A stretch of DNA of 64,000 nucleotides from contig JAHJTE010000001.1 of NCBI GenBank assembly GCA_018830005.1, positions 321,332 through 385,331 of the forward strand, in the 5' to 3' direction. The notes beneath the pieces were generated by a model that saw only the letters and a program-made list of their open reading frames with translations, made no database searches and had not been told where the DNA came from. Below, in pieces: positions 20,628-31,403 of the stretch; positions within the stretch are counted from its first letter, which is position 1, and each line of letters opens with the position of its first letter. Source of the DNA: Candidatus Omnitrophota bacterium. GTDB taxonomy: Bacteria > Omnitrophota > Gorgyraeia > JAHJTE01. A program made the translations under genes and the position numbers.

Positions 20628-20656
20628 TTGACACGCTATTTTTTCTACTATATAAT
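20628..20656 (+). promoter_or_regulatory. Consensus sigma70 promoter for lysS
   Basis: TTGACA-N17-TATAAT, perfect consensus. Confidence 0.8.
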
Positions 20657-20664
20657 ATTAAGCT

Positions 20665-22131
20665 ATGATGGAAGAAACTACCCAAGGCAAAGAAAGAAGG
20701 AATAAGATTAAGTTATTAGAAGAGAAGGGGATAGCTCCTTTTGGGGCTAAATTTAAGCGTACATCTGAAATCGCTGATTGCTTAAAGGATCTCACAAAGC
20801 TTAAGAACGTGAATCTGGCCGGAAGAATTATTGCCAAGCGTTTACACGGCAAGGCTAATTTCATGGATATCAAGGATTCAAGCGGAAAAATACAGCTTTA
20901 TATAAGAGAGGATTCTCTAGATGAGATGAGTTTCTGGCTTTTCTCGCAAGTTCTTGATATAGGCGATTTTATTGGAGTAAAGGGAGAGCCTTTTAAGACA
21001 AGAACAGGAGAGCCAACAATAAAGGTCGAAAGCATTACTCTTTTAACCAAGACCTTAAATCCCTTGCCGGAAAAATGGCACGGCCTAAAGGATGTTGAGA
21101 CTCGCTTTCGCCAAAGATATCTAGATTTGCTATCTAATGATAAGGTGAAAGATATATTCTTGAAGCGTTCTAAAATAATTGCAAAGACAAGAGAGTTTTT
21201 CGACTCGCGAGGTTTCCTGGATGTTGAAACGCCAATGATGCAGCCTGTTGCCGGAGGCGCAACAGGAAGGCCATTTAAGACACATCATAATGCCCTGGAT
21301 TTAGATTTATATTTACGTATTGCTCCTGAGTTATATTTAAAACGGCTTATTGTCGCTGGATTAGATAAGGTCTATGAGATTAACAGAAACTTCCGCAATG
21401 AAGGAATATCAACGCGGCATTCTCCTGAATTTACCATGCTTGAGGTCTATACAGCTTATGCAGATTATGAGGATATGATCGTTTTATGCGAAGAGCTGAT
21501 AAGTCATTTAGTAGAGGAAATCTCAGGTACTACCTATATTAGCTATCAGGGCAAAAAAATAGATTTAAAGCGGCCCTGGAAGAGACTGTCGTTTGCAAAG
21601 CTGATGAAAGAAAATTACGATATCAATCCTGATGATCCTCTCAAACAGTGGATTGAGAAGTTAAAGAAGAAGGGCAAAGATTTACCACAGCTAGAGGGGG
21701 CTGCAGTGAATAAACTAAGTCGTTCTCAGATTCTGAATCTGATTACTGATATCTTTGAGCCGGCATCTATTGATAAACCTGTTTTTTTGACAGATTGGTT
21801 TGCTGAAACTTGTCCCTTGGCAAAGAGACAGGCGGATAATCCCCTGCTTGTGGAGCGCTTTGAGTTATTTATTGGAGGATTGGAAATTGCAAATGCCTAC
21901 TCTGAGTTGAATGACCCCATAGAGCAGGAGAGGCGTTTCCAAGAAGAGTTAAAGCAGGATGAAAAAGGCTCGACGCGTCGGCTTGATGAAGATTATATCA
22001 CGGCCTTATCATACGGTATGCCTCCTTGTGGCGGGTTAGGCATAGGCATGGATAGGCTGATAATGCTTTTATCTGATTCTGCATCCATCAGGGAAGTAAT
22101 ACTATTTCCGCTTTTGAAGCCACTTGAGTAA
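20665..22131 (+). CDS. lysS: Lysyl-tRNA synthetase, class II
   Basis: LPEKWHGL, RQRYLD, LRIAPELYLKR, FRNEG, GLGIGMDRL. Confidence 0.97.
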   Translation: MMEETTQGKERRNKIKLLEEKGIAPFGAKFKRTSEIADCLKDLTKLKNVNLAGRIIAKRLHGKANFMDIKDSSGKIQLYIREDSLDEMSFWLFSQVLDIGDFIGVKGEPFKTRTGEPTIKVESITLLTKTLNPLPEKWHGLKDVETRFRQRYLDLLSNDKVKDIFLKRSKIIAKTREFFDSRGFLDVETPMMQPVAGGATGRPFKTHHNALDLDLYLRIAPELYLKRLIVAGLDKVYEINRNFRNEGISTRHSPEFTMLEVYTAYADYEDMIVLCEELISHLVEEISGTTYISYQGKKIDLKRPWKRLSFAKLMKENYDINPDDPLKQWIEKLKKKGKDLPQLEGAAVNKLSRSQILNLITDIFEPASIDKPVFLTDWFAETCPLAKRQADNPLLVERFELFIGGLEIANAYSELNDPIEQERRFQEELKQDEKGSTRRLDEDYITALSYGMPPCGGLGIGMDRLIMLLSDSASIREVILFPLLKPLE

Positions 22132-22133
22132 TT

Positions 22134-23315
22134 ATGAAGACATATCTTTGGATTGCATTAAAGTATTTCCTAAACAGTAATCGCAAGAGGTTTTTCTCGG
22201 TTATGACCCTAGTGTCTGTTTTAGGAGTAGCTATCGGAGTGATGACGCTTATTGTAGTTTTAGGGGTGATGTCTGGTTTTGATAAGGATTTAAAATCCAA
22301 GATTTTAGGCCTTAATTATAATATTACGATTGATAGCAATATAGGAATTTCAGCGGCTGATTCTGTCTTTGAAAAGATCGACTCCCTGGATGAGGTTTCA
22401 GGTTATAGTCCATTCGTAAGCGGACAGGTGCTTTTGGCAACTTACGATCGTTTTAGAGGTGTTCATATTCGGGGTATAGATCTTGTAAAAGAGGCAGGTT
22501 TGAATAATATAGCTTCCTATATCAAGGTTAATCCACCTCGAATTCAAGAAGGCGAATTATTGGTTGGTGAGGAGCTCTTAAAGGGAATGGATTTAGCTCT
22601 GGGTGATGAGGTGGTAGTCCTTTCTCCCATCACAAATAAGCGCTATCCTTTTAGAATCGGCGGAATCTTTAAAAGTGGTTATTATGATTATGATTTGAAT
22701 TTAGTTTTTGCAAATATTAAGGACACCCAAGAGTTATTGTTAATGGATGGTTTTTATTCAGGCATAGGGATTAATTCCCAAGATATTCATAAAACGTCTG
22801 CCTTGAAAGAAAAATTTAAAGATATCCTAGGCCCAGCTTACAGTGTGCGCACCTGGATTGAGCTAAATCGTAATTTTTTTGCAGCTTTAAAGCTTGAGAA
22901 GATTACAATGTTTATAATCTTAACCCTTATTGTTCTCGTGGCTGCCTTTAATATTATTTCTACCTTGAACGTCTTTGTGACTGATAAGACAAAGGATATT
23001 GGTATTTTAAAATCTATCGGCTTAAGCTCTAAAGGCATAAATAGGATTTTTATGCTCGTGGGGATCTTTGTTGGATCTCTGGGCATAGTTAGCGGCCTTG
23101 GCCTAGGTGTTGGTCTGTGTATGTTATTGTCAAAATACCAATTTATTAGATTGCCGCAGGATATCTATTATATTCAATATCTACCTGTGTATCTAAAATT
23201 GACAGAGGTTGCTACAATTGTCTTGGCAGCGTTTCTCATTTGTCTTGTCTCAACTCTATATCCGGCACGCAGAGCTGCCTCACTTGAACCTGTGGAGGCC
23301 TTACGTTACGAATGA
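22134..23315 (+). CDS. Lipoprotein-releasing ABC permease LolC/E family
   Basis: [33 protein letters not shown]. Confidence 0.88.
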   Translation: MKTYLWIALKYFLNSNRKRFFSVMTLVSVLGVAIGVMTLIVVLGVMSGFDKDLKSKILGLNYNITIDSNIGISAADSVFEKIDSLDEVSGYSPFVSGQVLLATYDRFRGVHIRGIDLVKEAGLNNIASYIKVNPPRIQEGELLVGEELLKGMDLALGDEVVVLSPITNKRYPFRIGGIFKSGYYDYDLNLVFANIKDTQELLLMDGFYSGIGINSQDIHKTSALKEKFKDILGPAYSVRTWIELNRNFFAALKLEKITMFIILTLIVLVAAFNIISTLNVFVTDKTKDIGILKSIGLSSKGINRIFMLVGIFVGSLGIVSGLGLGVGLCMLLSKYQFIRLPQDIYYIQYLPVYLKLTEVATIVLAAFLICLVSTLYPARRAASLEPVEALRYE

Positions 23316-24049
23316 GAAGAGAGGATAGTTTGATTAGTGCCAGCGCGATTATCAAGACATATAAAGAAGGCACAAAACTGTTTCCTGTTTTAAGGGGCAT
23401 TGATATTGATATAGGCGCCTCTGAATTTGTTGTTATTGCTGGGCCATCCGGAGCCGGCAAATCCACATTGCTTCATATCTTAGGAGGCCTTGATTGTCCA
23501 ACTAGCGGCAGGGTGGTTTTAGGCGGTGAAGATATCTATTCCTTGTCTGATGAGAAAAGGGCAAGATTGCGAAACATGAAGATCGGCTTTGTTTTTCAAT
23601 TCTATCACTTATTGGGTGAATTTACTGTCTTAGAAAATGTCTTGTTGCCTCTTTTGATTTCGCAGAATTTTTATAAGGATAATAAGTTGTCTCTAGCATC
23701 AAAGAAGACTATACGCAGTCGCGCTCAAGATGCCTTAGCAATGTTAGGCCTAAAGGATCGTCTTGATTTTTCGCCGGCAAAACTCTCCGGAGGCGAGAAA
23801 CAGCGCGTGGCTATTGCCCGGGCACTTATCAATGATCCGGATATTATCCTTTGCGATGAGCCCACGGGAAATCTTGATTCCCGCTGCGGTGAGGAGATTA
23901 GAGGTATATTGATGCATCTTAATAGAGAAAAAAAGCGCACCATAGTTGTCGTAACGCACCAGCAGGATTTATTTAGTGGTTGCGGCAGACTTATTAATAT
24001 TCGCGATGGATTGATTAGTAAGGAATTAGTGCTACAGGAGGTTAAATGA
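23312..24049 (+). CDS. lolD: Lipoprotein-releasing ABC ATPase
   Basis: [38 protein letters not shown]. Confidence 0.85.
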   Translation: MRREDSLISASAIIKTYKEGTKLFPVLRGIDIDIGASEFVVIAGPSGAGKSTLLHILGGLDCPTSGRVVLGGEDIYSLSDEKRARLRNMKIGFVFQFYHLLGEFTVLENVLLPLLISQNFYKDNKLSLASKKTIRSRAQDALAMLGLKDRLDFSPAKLSGGEKQRVAIARALINDPDIILCDEPTGNLDSRCGEEIRGILMHLNREKKRTIVVVTHQQDLFSGCGRLINIRDGLISKELVLQEVK

Positions 24050-24075
24050 GGACACAAGTAACTTGTCGTCCTCAT
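24046..24075. other. Intergenic inverted repeat (hairpin)
   Basis: ATGAGGACACAAGT-A-ACTTGT(C)GTCCTCAT; no U-tract. Confidence 0.6.
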
Positions 24076-24092
24076 CGAGGGAGGAATAATCT

Positions 24093-24962
24093 ATGAAGGT
24101 ATATTTAAACGGTAAGCTTGTTAATAAAGAAAAGGCAGTTGTTTCCTGCTTTGATCACGGTCTTCTTTATGGTGATGGTGCGTTTGAAGGCATTCGTTCC
24201 TACAAGGGGTTGATTTTTAAATTAGATGAGCATATTGATAGATTATTTGAGACAGCTCATACGCTTATATTATCTATGCCAGTTAGCAAGCAAGGTTTGA
24301 AGGGAGCGATTATTAAGACATTGCGCGCAAACAGATTAAAGGATGCCTATATCCGCGTTGTAGTAACTCGCGGCGTGGGTGATCTAGGGCTTGATCCACG
24401 CAAATGCAAGGGTAAAGAGGCACTTTTTATTATTACTGATAAGATAGCTCTCTATCCAAAACATATTTATGATAAGGGGATGGAGATTATTACTGTTCCT
24501 ACGGTACGCAACCTGCCGGAGGCCTTGAATCCGCAATTAAAGTCATTAAACTATTTAAATAATATCTTGGCAAAGATTGAGGCGATAAATGCTGGTTTTC
24601 AGGAGGCAATAATGCTTGATAGTCTTGGTTATGTTGCTGAATGTACGGGAGATAATATTTTCATAGTGAAGAATAATGAACTTTTTACGCCACCGCAATG
24701 TATGGGAACCTTACGTGGTATCACACGCGATGCGGTTTTAGGTATTGCTAAAAGTTTAGGCATTCCAGCTCATGAGCATGTTATTACTCGGCATGAAGTT
24801 TATATCAGCGATGAATGTTTTTTAACTGGAACAGCTGCAGAGATTGTCCCTGTTGTTAAGGTAGACGGAAGAGTAATCGATAAGGGTAAGCCGGGTAAGA
24901 TTACTAGATTAATAAGCCAGGAATTCAAAGAGCTCACAAAAACAGAGGGAGTGAGATATTGA
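24093..24962 (+). CDS. ilvE: Branched-chain amino acid aminotransferase
   Basis: LYGDGAFEGIR, KSLNY, ECTGDN, LRGITR, GTAAE. Confidence 0.92.
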   Translation: MKVYLNGKLVNKEKAVVSCFDHGLLYGDGAFEGIRSYKGLIFKLDEHIDRLFETAHTLILSMPVSKQGLKGAIIKTLRANRLKDAYIRVVVTRGVGDLGLDPRKCKGKEALFIITDKIALYPKHIYDKGMEIITVPTVRNLPEALNPQLKSLNYLNNILAKIEAINAGFQEAIMLDSLGYVAECTGDNIFIVKNNELFTPPQCMGTLRGITRDAVLGIAKSLGIPAHEHVITRHEVYISDECFLTGTAAEIVPVVKVDGRVIDKGKPGKITRLISQEFKELTKTEGVRY

Positions 24963-25006
24963 TAGATACAGATAATCGTAAGATATTCCTGTGACGGAGG
25001 CAAAAA

Positions 25007-25525
25007 ATGCTTTGCGATATATGTGCTAAGAATGAAGCAACAGTACACCTAACAGAGATTGTCAATGAGCAGGTGAAAGAATTGCATCTTTGCGAAACCT
25101 GCGCTCAAACCAAAAGTATGCAGATGGAGCAGCAGTTTGGCCTCTCTGACCTTTTGGCAGGCCTAGCTGATTTTGACAAACCCTTACAGACACAAGATAC
25201 ATTTGGTGTTGAATGTCAGAATTGCCACCTTACTTATAAGGATTTTAAGAAAATCGGCAGACTTGGCTGCAGTGAATGTTATAGCCAGTTTAGAAGATAT
25301 CTAGATTCCCTGCTGAAGCGGATACATGGTTCTAATAAACATATGGGTAAGGCGCCGCTAAAACTTGCTCAAGTCGCAAAGACAAAAAAGCGCACTCTTA
25401 ATCTAGGAGAGCTAAAAGAAGGATTGCGCAAGTCCATAGCCTCAGAGGAATTTGAGGAGGCGGCTCGCCTGCGAGATGCCATCAGGCAGATTGAGGGAAA
25501 ACAGACAGATCCTGATAAGAGGTGA
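25007..25525 (+). CDS. mcsA: Protein-arginine kinase activator
   Basis: Four CxxC motifs, RLGCSECY, C-terminal UVR motif EEFEEAARLRD. Confidence 0.92.
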   Translation: MLCDICAKNEATVHLTEIVNEQVKELHLCETCAQTKSMQMEQQFGLSDLLAGLADFDKPLQTQDTFGVECQNCHLTYKDFKKIGRLGCSECYSQFRRYLDSLLKRIHGSNKHMGKAPLKLAQVAKTKKRTLNLGELKEGLRKSIASEEFEEAARLRDAIRQIEGKQTDPDKR

Positions 25526-26587
25526 TTGATGAGTATGGTACTTAATGATTTATTAAAGCGCAGAAGTGAGTGGTTAAAAGGAGAAGGACCACTTTCAGAT
25601 ATTGTTATATCAAGCAGGATTCGTCTTGCTAGGAATATTGAAAAATGTCCTTTTCCTCATTGGGGCAGCAAGGAAAAGGAAGAGAATGTCCTTAATATGG
25701 TTTTGGAGGCTGTGAAAAAGATAAGCCAGTTCAAAAATGTATTGTCTTTTAGATTAGTCAATCTGGACAATGTTGATAAACAGTTCCTTATTGAAAGACA
25801 TTTGATGAGTCATGAGTTGGCCTTAAGAAGTAATCATAAGGCGCTTATATTGACCGAAGATGAAGTTGTCTCTTTGATGGTTAACGAGGAGGATCATCTA
25901 AGGCTTCAGGTTATGAAGTCTGGTTTTAATCTGGATGGCGCCTGGAAGATTATCGATGAAATCGATACGGCTTTATCTGAAGAATTAAATTTCGCCTATT
26001 TAGCTGATTTAGGTTATCTGACAGCTTGCCCTACAAATACCGGAACAGGCATGCGTGGTTCTGTGATGTTGCATCTTCCGGCCTTAGTTATGACAAAGCA
26101 GATTAATCGTATATTAGCTGCTGTGGCAAAACTAAGTTTTAATGTGCGCGGTCTTTATGGTGAAGGCACTCAGGCAAGCGGGAATTTCTTTCAGGTTTCC
26201 AATCAGGTTTCCTTGGGGCTCTCTGAAGGGGATATTATCAGTAATATTAAAAGCGTTATCCGTCAGATTGCTGATCAGGAACAGGCAGCGCGTCAAAAGC
26301 TCTTAACACAGCATCTTTCCACGCTCCAGGATAGAGTTTTTCGTGCATTCGGGATTTTAGAGAATGCCCATATAATTTCCAGTAATGAGACAATTGAGCT
26401 CTTATCAATGGTAAGACTTGGACTTGATTTAAAATTGTTAAGAGATATTGATAAGAAATTGCTTAATGAGCTATTGATACTTACTCAGCCTGCTCATCTA
26501 CAGAAGATAAGCGGCAAGAAATTAACCCCAACAGAAAGGGATTCAAAACGCGCCTCTTTGATAAGAGAGAGGTTGATACATAACTAA
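25526..26587 (+). CDS. mcsB: Protein arginine kinase
   Basis: SSRIRLARN, NEEDHLR, CPTNTGTG, RGLYGEG; true start may be ATG at 25529 or 25535. Confidence 0.95.
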   Translation: MMSMVLNDLLKRRSEWLKGEGPLSDIVISSRIRLARNIEKCPFPHWGSKEKEENVLNMVLEAVKKISQFKNVLSFRLVNLDNVDKQFLIERHLMSHELALRSNHKALILTEDEVVSLMVNEEDHLRLQVMKSGFNLDGAWKIIDEIDTALSEELNFAYLADLGYLTACPTNTGTGMRGSVMLHLPALVMTKQINRILAAVAKLSFNVRGLYGEGTQASGNFFQVSNQVSLGLSEGDIISNIKSVIRQIADQEQAARQKLLTQHLSTLQDRVFRAFGILENAHIISSNETIELLSMVRLGLDLKLLRDIDKKLLNELLILTQPAHLQKISGKKLTPTERDSKRASLIRERLIHN

Positions 26588-26622
26588 ACTGTTTTTTATG
26601 AAATTTAATTTTGGAGGCCAAG

Positions 26623-29034
26623 ATGTTTAATCGTTTTACAGAACGTGCAAGAAAAGTCATTATTTTATCCAAAGAAGAAGCGAGGCGTTTTAACCATGAT
26701 TATATTGGGACTGAACATCTTCTTCTTGGTCTTATCCGGGAAGGCGAAGGAGTTGCTGCCGCTGTATTGCAGAAGTTGGGTTTGAGCCTTGAGACTATCC
26801 GAATTGAAGTAGAGAAGTTGGTTCAACCTGGTCCTACGACCCAAATTTTAGGAGATATTCCTTTTACGCCTCGGGCAAAGAAGTCTTTGGAACTAGCAGC
26901 AGAAGAGGCACGTTCCCTTGGCCATAATTATATTGGCACGGAACATATACTTTTAGGCCTGATCCGTGAGGGAGAAGGCGTAGCAAGTCAGGTATTGATA
27001 AATTTAGGACCTGATTTAAATCGGGTAAGGAATGAGGTTATGGATATTCTAGGTTCTTCTGTGCCTGGGTTTCAGCAGCAGCAGACTAAAGGTAAAACTC
27101 CTGCATTGGATGCCTTTGGTAGAGACTTGGCCCATCTTGCGCGAGAGAATAAACTTGATCCGGTAATTAACAGAAAGAATGAAACTGAACGCGTGATACA
27201 GATTCTAAGTAGACGCACTAAAAATAATCCTGTGTTATTAGGCGAGGCTGGTGTGGGTAAAACTGCAATTGTAGAAGGTCTTGCGCAGCTGATTGTTGCT
27301 GGCAATGTCCCAGAGATATTGAGGAATAAACGCATAGTCATTCTCGATTTAGCCCTGATGGTTGCTGGCACTAAATACCGCGGTCAATTTGAAGAGCGAA
27401 TTAAGGCAGTAATGGATGAGATTAAGCGCTCTAAAGATGTGATAATATTTATCGATGAGTTGCATACGTTGGTAGGCGCAGGTGCAGCTGAAGGGGCTAT
27501 TGATGCCTCTAATATATTAAAGCCTGCACTTTCTCGGGGTGAGATCCAGTGTATCGGCGCAACAACAATGGATGAATACAGAAAACATATTGAGAAAGAT
27601 GCAGCCCTAGAGCGCAGATTTCAGACGATTATCGTTGATCCGCCCAATGTTGAAGAGACTATAGAGATTTTAAAAGGATTGAGAGATAGATATGAAGCGC
27701 ATCACAGAGTAAAATTTAAAGATGAGGCCATAGTAGCAGCTGCCAAGCTTTCGGATAGATACGTTAGCGGAAGATTCTTGCCAGATAAGGCAATTGATTT
27801 AATTGATGAGTCAGGATCGCGCAGTCGTTTAGCGGTTATGACCTTGCCTCCAGAAGTAAAAGAACTAGAGGCTAAAATCGAAGAATTAAAAAAAGAGAAA
27901 GAGGCCTTAATAAAAAGCCAGGATTTTGAGAAGGCTGCCAAATTACGTGACCAAGAAAGAGAGGCCAGGAAGAAATTAGAAGACTTGAATAAGCAATGGT
28001 CTTTAAAGAGGGATCAGCTGAGGCCAGAGGTCGGCGAAGAGGAAATTGCTAAGATCGTGTCTCAGATTACAGGTATTCCTGTTATCCGTCTGGAAGAAAA
28101 GGAATCCGAGAAGCTGATGAAGATCGCAGAGAAAATCAGAAGTCGAGTAATTGGTCAGGAGGAGGCTATTGACGTTATTGCTCGTTCTGTGCGCCGTTCT
28201 CGGGCAGGTATAAAGGATTTTCGTCGGCCAATTGGTTCTTTTATGTTCTTGGGCCCTACTGGCGTAGGGAAAACCCTCTTAGCAAGAGTCTTGACAGAAT
28301 TTATGTTCGGCGACGAAGATGCCCTTATCCAGCTGGATATGTCAGAATATATGGAGAAATTCAATGTCTCACGGCTTGTGGGTGCTCCTCCTGGTTACGT
28401 CGGGTATGAAGAAGGAGGCCAGCTTACAGAAAAGGTCAGGCGTCGTCCTTATGCTGTAATACTTTTAGATGAAATTGAAAAGGCACATCCGGATGTGTTT
28501 AATATCCTATTACAGGTTTTAGAAGATGGGCGTTTGACAGATAGCTTTGGCCGCAAGGTCAGTTTTAGAAACACGATTTTGATTATGACCTCTAATGTGG
28601 GTGCGGATATTTTGCGCCGGCAAGGCTCAATAGGTTTTCGTTCTCAAAAGGCACAGGCCTCATATGATGATATGAAGCAGAAGCTTCTTGATGAGGTGAA
28701 GAAAACCTTCAAGCCGGAATTTCTTAATCGCCTTGACGATATTATAGTTTTTAAGCAGCTTGAGAAAGAAGGTTTGCTAAAAATAGTTGATATTGAAGTA
28801 AACGAGGTTGCCTCAAGATTAAAAGAACAGAATGTGGAAATTAGCCTCGACAATAAGGCAAAGGAGTTATTGGTGGAAAAGGGTTTTGATCCTGTATATG
28901 GTGCAAGGCCCTTAAAGCGTACAATCCAACGATACCTGGAAGATCCGCTTGCGGAAGAGATAATATCCGGTAAGTTTAAAGACGGGGCAAAGCTTAAGGT
29001 TACCCGAGAAAAAGACAAGTTGATTTTTAAATAA
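26623..29034 (+). CDS. clpC: ATP-dependent Clp ATPase ClpC
   Basis: [10 protein letters not shown]-domain repeats, two Walker A motifs ([16 protein letters not shown]), UVR middle domain, GSIGF ClpP-binding loop; ATG after GGAGG. Confidence 0.95.
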   Translation: MFNRFTERARKVIILSKEEARRFNHDYIGTEHLLLGLIREGEGVAAAVLQKLGLSLETIRIEVEKLVQPGPTTQILGDIPFTPRAKKSLELAAEEARSLGHNYIGTEHILLGLIREGEGVASQVLINLGPDLNRVRNEVMDILGSSVPGFQQQQTKGKTPALDAFGRDLAHLARENKLDPVINRKNETERVIQILSRRTKNNPVLLGEAGVGKTAIVEGLAQLIVAGNVPEILRNKRIVILDLALMVAGTKYRGQFEERIKAVMDEIKRSKDVIIFIDELHTLVGAGAAEGAIDASNILKPALSRGEIQCIGATTMDEYRKHIEKDAALERRFQTIIVDPPNVEETIEILKGLRDRYEAHHRVKFKDEAIVAAAKLSDRYVSGRFLPDKAIDLIDESGSRSRLAVMTLPPEVKELEAKIEELKKEKEALIKSQDFEKAAKLRDQEREARKKLEDLNKQWSLKRDQLRPEVGEEEIAKIVSQITGIPVIRLEEKESEKLMKIAEKIRSRVIGQEEAIDVIARSVRRSRAGIKDFRRPIGSFMFLGPTGVGKTLLARVLTEFMFGDEDALIQLDMSEYMEKFNVSRLVGAPPGYVGYEEGGQLTEKVRRRPYAVILLDEIEKAHPDVFNILLQVLEDGRLTDSFGRKVSFRNTILIMTSNVGADILRRQGSIGFRSQKAQASYDDMKQKLLDEVKKTFKPEFLNRLDDIIVFKQLEKEGLLKIVDIEVNEVASRLKEQNVEISLDNKAKELLVEKGFDPVYGARPLKRTIQRYLEDPLAEEIISGKFKDGAKLKVTREKDKLIFK

Positions 29035-29076
29035 CTCCCACCCCCTTAGAAAAATTCCCCCTAAGCGGGAAAAGTT

Positions 29077-29844
29077 ATGAGGAGTGCTTTGGATAGATTG
29101 GCTGCATTTTTGAATTACTTCGGCAGGGTAGTAAGTTTGGGCTATCAGACTATTGTTGTTACTTTTACTCTGCCTTTTAATTTTAAGCGCTTTATTTTTC
29201 AGGCAAAACGAATAGGCCTTGACAGTCTGCCAATTGTCTCAGTCGTGGCTTTATTCACAGGCATGATCCTTGCCTTTCAGTCTACATACCTTCTAAAGAA
29301 ACTTTCTTCAGAAATTTATATAGCCAATATTGTCGCACTTTCACTCGTACGTGAATTAGGGCCTGTATTTACTGCCTTAATTGTCGCCGGACGTGTGGGT
29401 GCAGCAATTACTGCAGAGGTTGGTACGATGACAGTAACCGAGCAGGTAGATGCATTGAGAACATTGGCTACTAATCCGATTAAATATCTAGTTGTCCCCC
29501 GTTTCCTGGGCATGGTGATAATGCTGCCTTTGCTTGTGATATACACTAATCTTGTAGGTATAATGGGTGGTTATATCATATGTGTGTATCGTCTGGGCGT
29601 GAGCTCAGCAATGTATATCCAAATGACATTTCAATCTTTGGTCTTAAAGGATTTATACAGCGGATTGATTAAAAGTATGGTTTTCGGAATGCTCATTGCT
29701 CTTATAAGCTGTTATGAAGGCTTAAGGGCAGCCGGAGGCGCAGAAGGTGTAGGTCGTTCAACTACATTAAGTGTTGTTATTTCTTTTATCTTGGTAATTA
29801 CTACTGACTGTATTTTTACTGCGCTGTTTTATTTTATACTCTAG
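29077..29844 (+). CDS. mlaE: MlaE-family ABC permease
   Basis: RELGPV, AGRVG, EQVDAL, GAEGVG. Confidence 0.9.
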   Translation: MRSALDRLAAFLNYFGRVVSLGYQTIVVTFTLPFNFKRFIFQAKRIGLDSLPIVSVVALFTGMILAFQSTYLLKKLSSEIYIANIVALSLVRELGPVFTALIVAGRVGAAITAEVGTMTVTEQVDALRTLATNPIKYLVVPRFLGMVIMLPLLVIYTNLVGIMGGYIICVYRLGVSSAMYIQMTFQSLVLKDLYSGLIKSMVFGMLIALISCYEGLRAAGGAEGVGRSTTLSVVISFILVITTDCIFTALFYFIL

Positions 29845-29882
29845 GCTTAGCAAAGATTACTCAGCCTTATCTAGAGATTATA

Positions 29883-30665
29883 ATGATAGAAATACACAAT
29901 ATCTACAAATCGTTTAATACTTCCAAGGTATTAGACGGATTAAGCCTGATTATCAAGACAGGAGAAACAAAGGTTATTATTGGCCGCTCTGGATGTGGTA
30001 AAAGTGTTCTTTTGAAACACATTGTGGGTATTTTACGGCCGCAAGAGGGTAGTATTATCATTGATGGCCTAGAGGTTAATAAGTTGAATGATGAACAGAT
30101 GAATCTGTTCAGACTGCGTATGAAGATAGGCATGGTCTTTCAGGGTGGCGCTCTGTTTGACTCGCTTAATGTGGGCGAAAATGTTGGTTTTGTTTTGAGT
30201 GAATATACTGATCTTGATAAATCGACCATTGTTAAAAAAGTAAAAGAGGCCTTAGGCATGGTTGGTTTAAAAGATATTGAGCATCTTCTGCCTTCGGATT
30301 TAAGCGGAGGCATGAAGAAAAGGGTGGCCTTAGCACGTGCCATATGTATGAATCCCAATATAATTCTTTATGATGAGCCTACTACTGGTGTTGATCCAAT
30401 AACAGCCGACGCTATTAATGATTTAATAATAGAATTACATGATAAGTTAGAGGTTACAAGTGTTGTTGTGACTCATGATATGACGAGTGCTTACAAAGTT
30501 GCCGATAGAATTGCAATGCTTTATAGCGGAAAGATTATCCAGATGGGAACGCCAGATGAGATTAAAAATTCAACCAATCCATTTGTAAAGCAGTTTATTA
30601 CTGGCGCTTCTTCTGGCGCGATAACAGATGCGGAAAATCTGGTTTTTGGTCACGTAACAGAGTGA
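29883..30665 (+). CDS. mlaF: MlaF-family ABC ATPase
   Basis: GRSGCGKS, FQGGALFDS, LSGGMKKR, YDEPTTG. Confidence 0.9.
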   Translation: MIEIHNIYKSFNTSKVLDGLSLIIKTGETKVIIGRSGCGKSVLLKHIVGILRPQEGSIIIDGLEVNKLNDEQMNLFRLRMKIGMVFQGGALFDSLNVGENVGFVLSEYTDLDKSTIVKKVKEALGMVGLKDIEHLLPSDLSGGMKKRVALARAICMNPNIILYDEPTTGVDPITADAINDLIIELHDKLEVTSVVVTHDMTSAYKVADRIAMLYSGKIIQMGTPDEIKNSTNPFVKQFITGASSGAITDAENLVFGHVTE

Positions 30666-30692
30666 TTTTAGTGTTTTTGCCAAGGAGGATAA

Positions 30693-31403
30693 ATGGGATT
30701 AAAATTTAAAAATGAAATTAAGGTTGGAATCTTTTCTTTGGTCGGGGTAATTATTTTCGTCGTATTTGTATTCTCTATCGGGGATATAAAACTCTTTACT
30801 AAGTCAAAAGATGTAAAGATAGTTTTTGGATTTGCCAATGGGGTTAAGATAAGTTCTCCCGTAAGGCTGGCAGGTGTTGATGTAGGACAGGTGAGAAAGA
30901 TCTCCGTGAGATTTAATAGGCAGACACAAAAGAACGAAGTAGAGGTCTTAGCACGTGTTACTGACTCAACCATAATTCCGCAGGATTCGAAGGTATGGAT
31001 TAATACCTTAGGTCTTTTGGGCGAAAAATATATAGAGATAATTCCCGGCCTAGATTATGCGCATCTGTTTAAGCCGGGTGAGACGATTATCGGTAAAGAT
31101 CCCATACCAATGCAGGAAATTACCGAGCTAGGAAGAGAGATTGCGCTGAAGTTAAGAGAAAGCATTGATGCAATTAATAATTTTATCTTGAATGAGAAAA
31201 ACAAAGAGGCATATAACCAGGTCTTGGAGAATTTAGAAGAGGCCTCGAAATCGCTTTCTGAGATTATGGAAAAGATAAATAGTGGAGATGGTACTGCTGG
31301 AAAATTTATTTCTGACGAAGCAATCTATACTGATACAAAGGAATTTATTGAAGATATAAAGAAGCATCCCTGGAAGTTGATGCGAAAGCCCCAAGAGGAA
31401 TAA
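30693..31403 (+). CDS. mlaD: MCE-domain protein
   Basis: N-terminal TM helix, SPVRLAGVDVG, GLLGEKYIEI. Confidence 0.88.
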   Translation: MGLKFKNEIKVGIFSLVGVIIFVVFVFSIGDIKLFTKSKDVKIVFGFANGVKISSPVRLAGVDVGQVRKISVRFNRQTQKNEVEVLARVTDSTIIPQDSKVWINTLGLLGEKYIEIIPGLDYAHLFKPGETIIGKDPIPMQEITELGREIALKLRESIDAINNFILNEKNKEAYNQVLENLEEASKSLSEIMEKINSGDGTAGKFISDEAIYTDTKEFIEDIKKHPWKLMRKPQEE

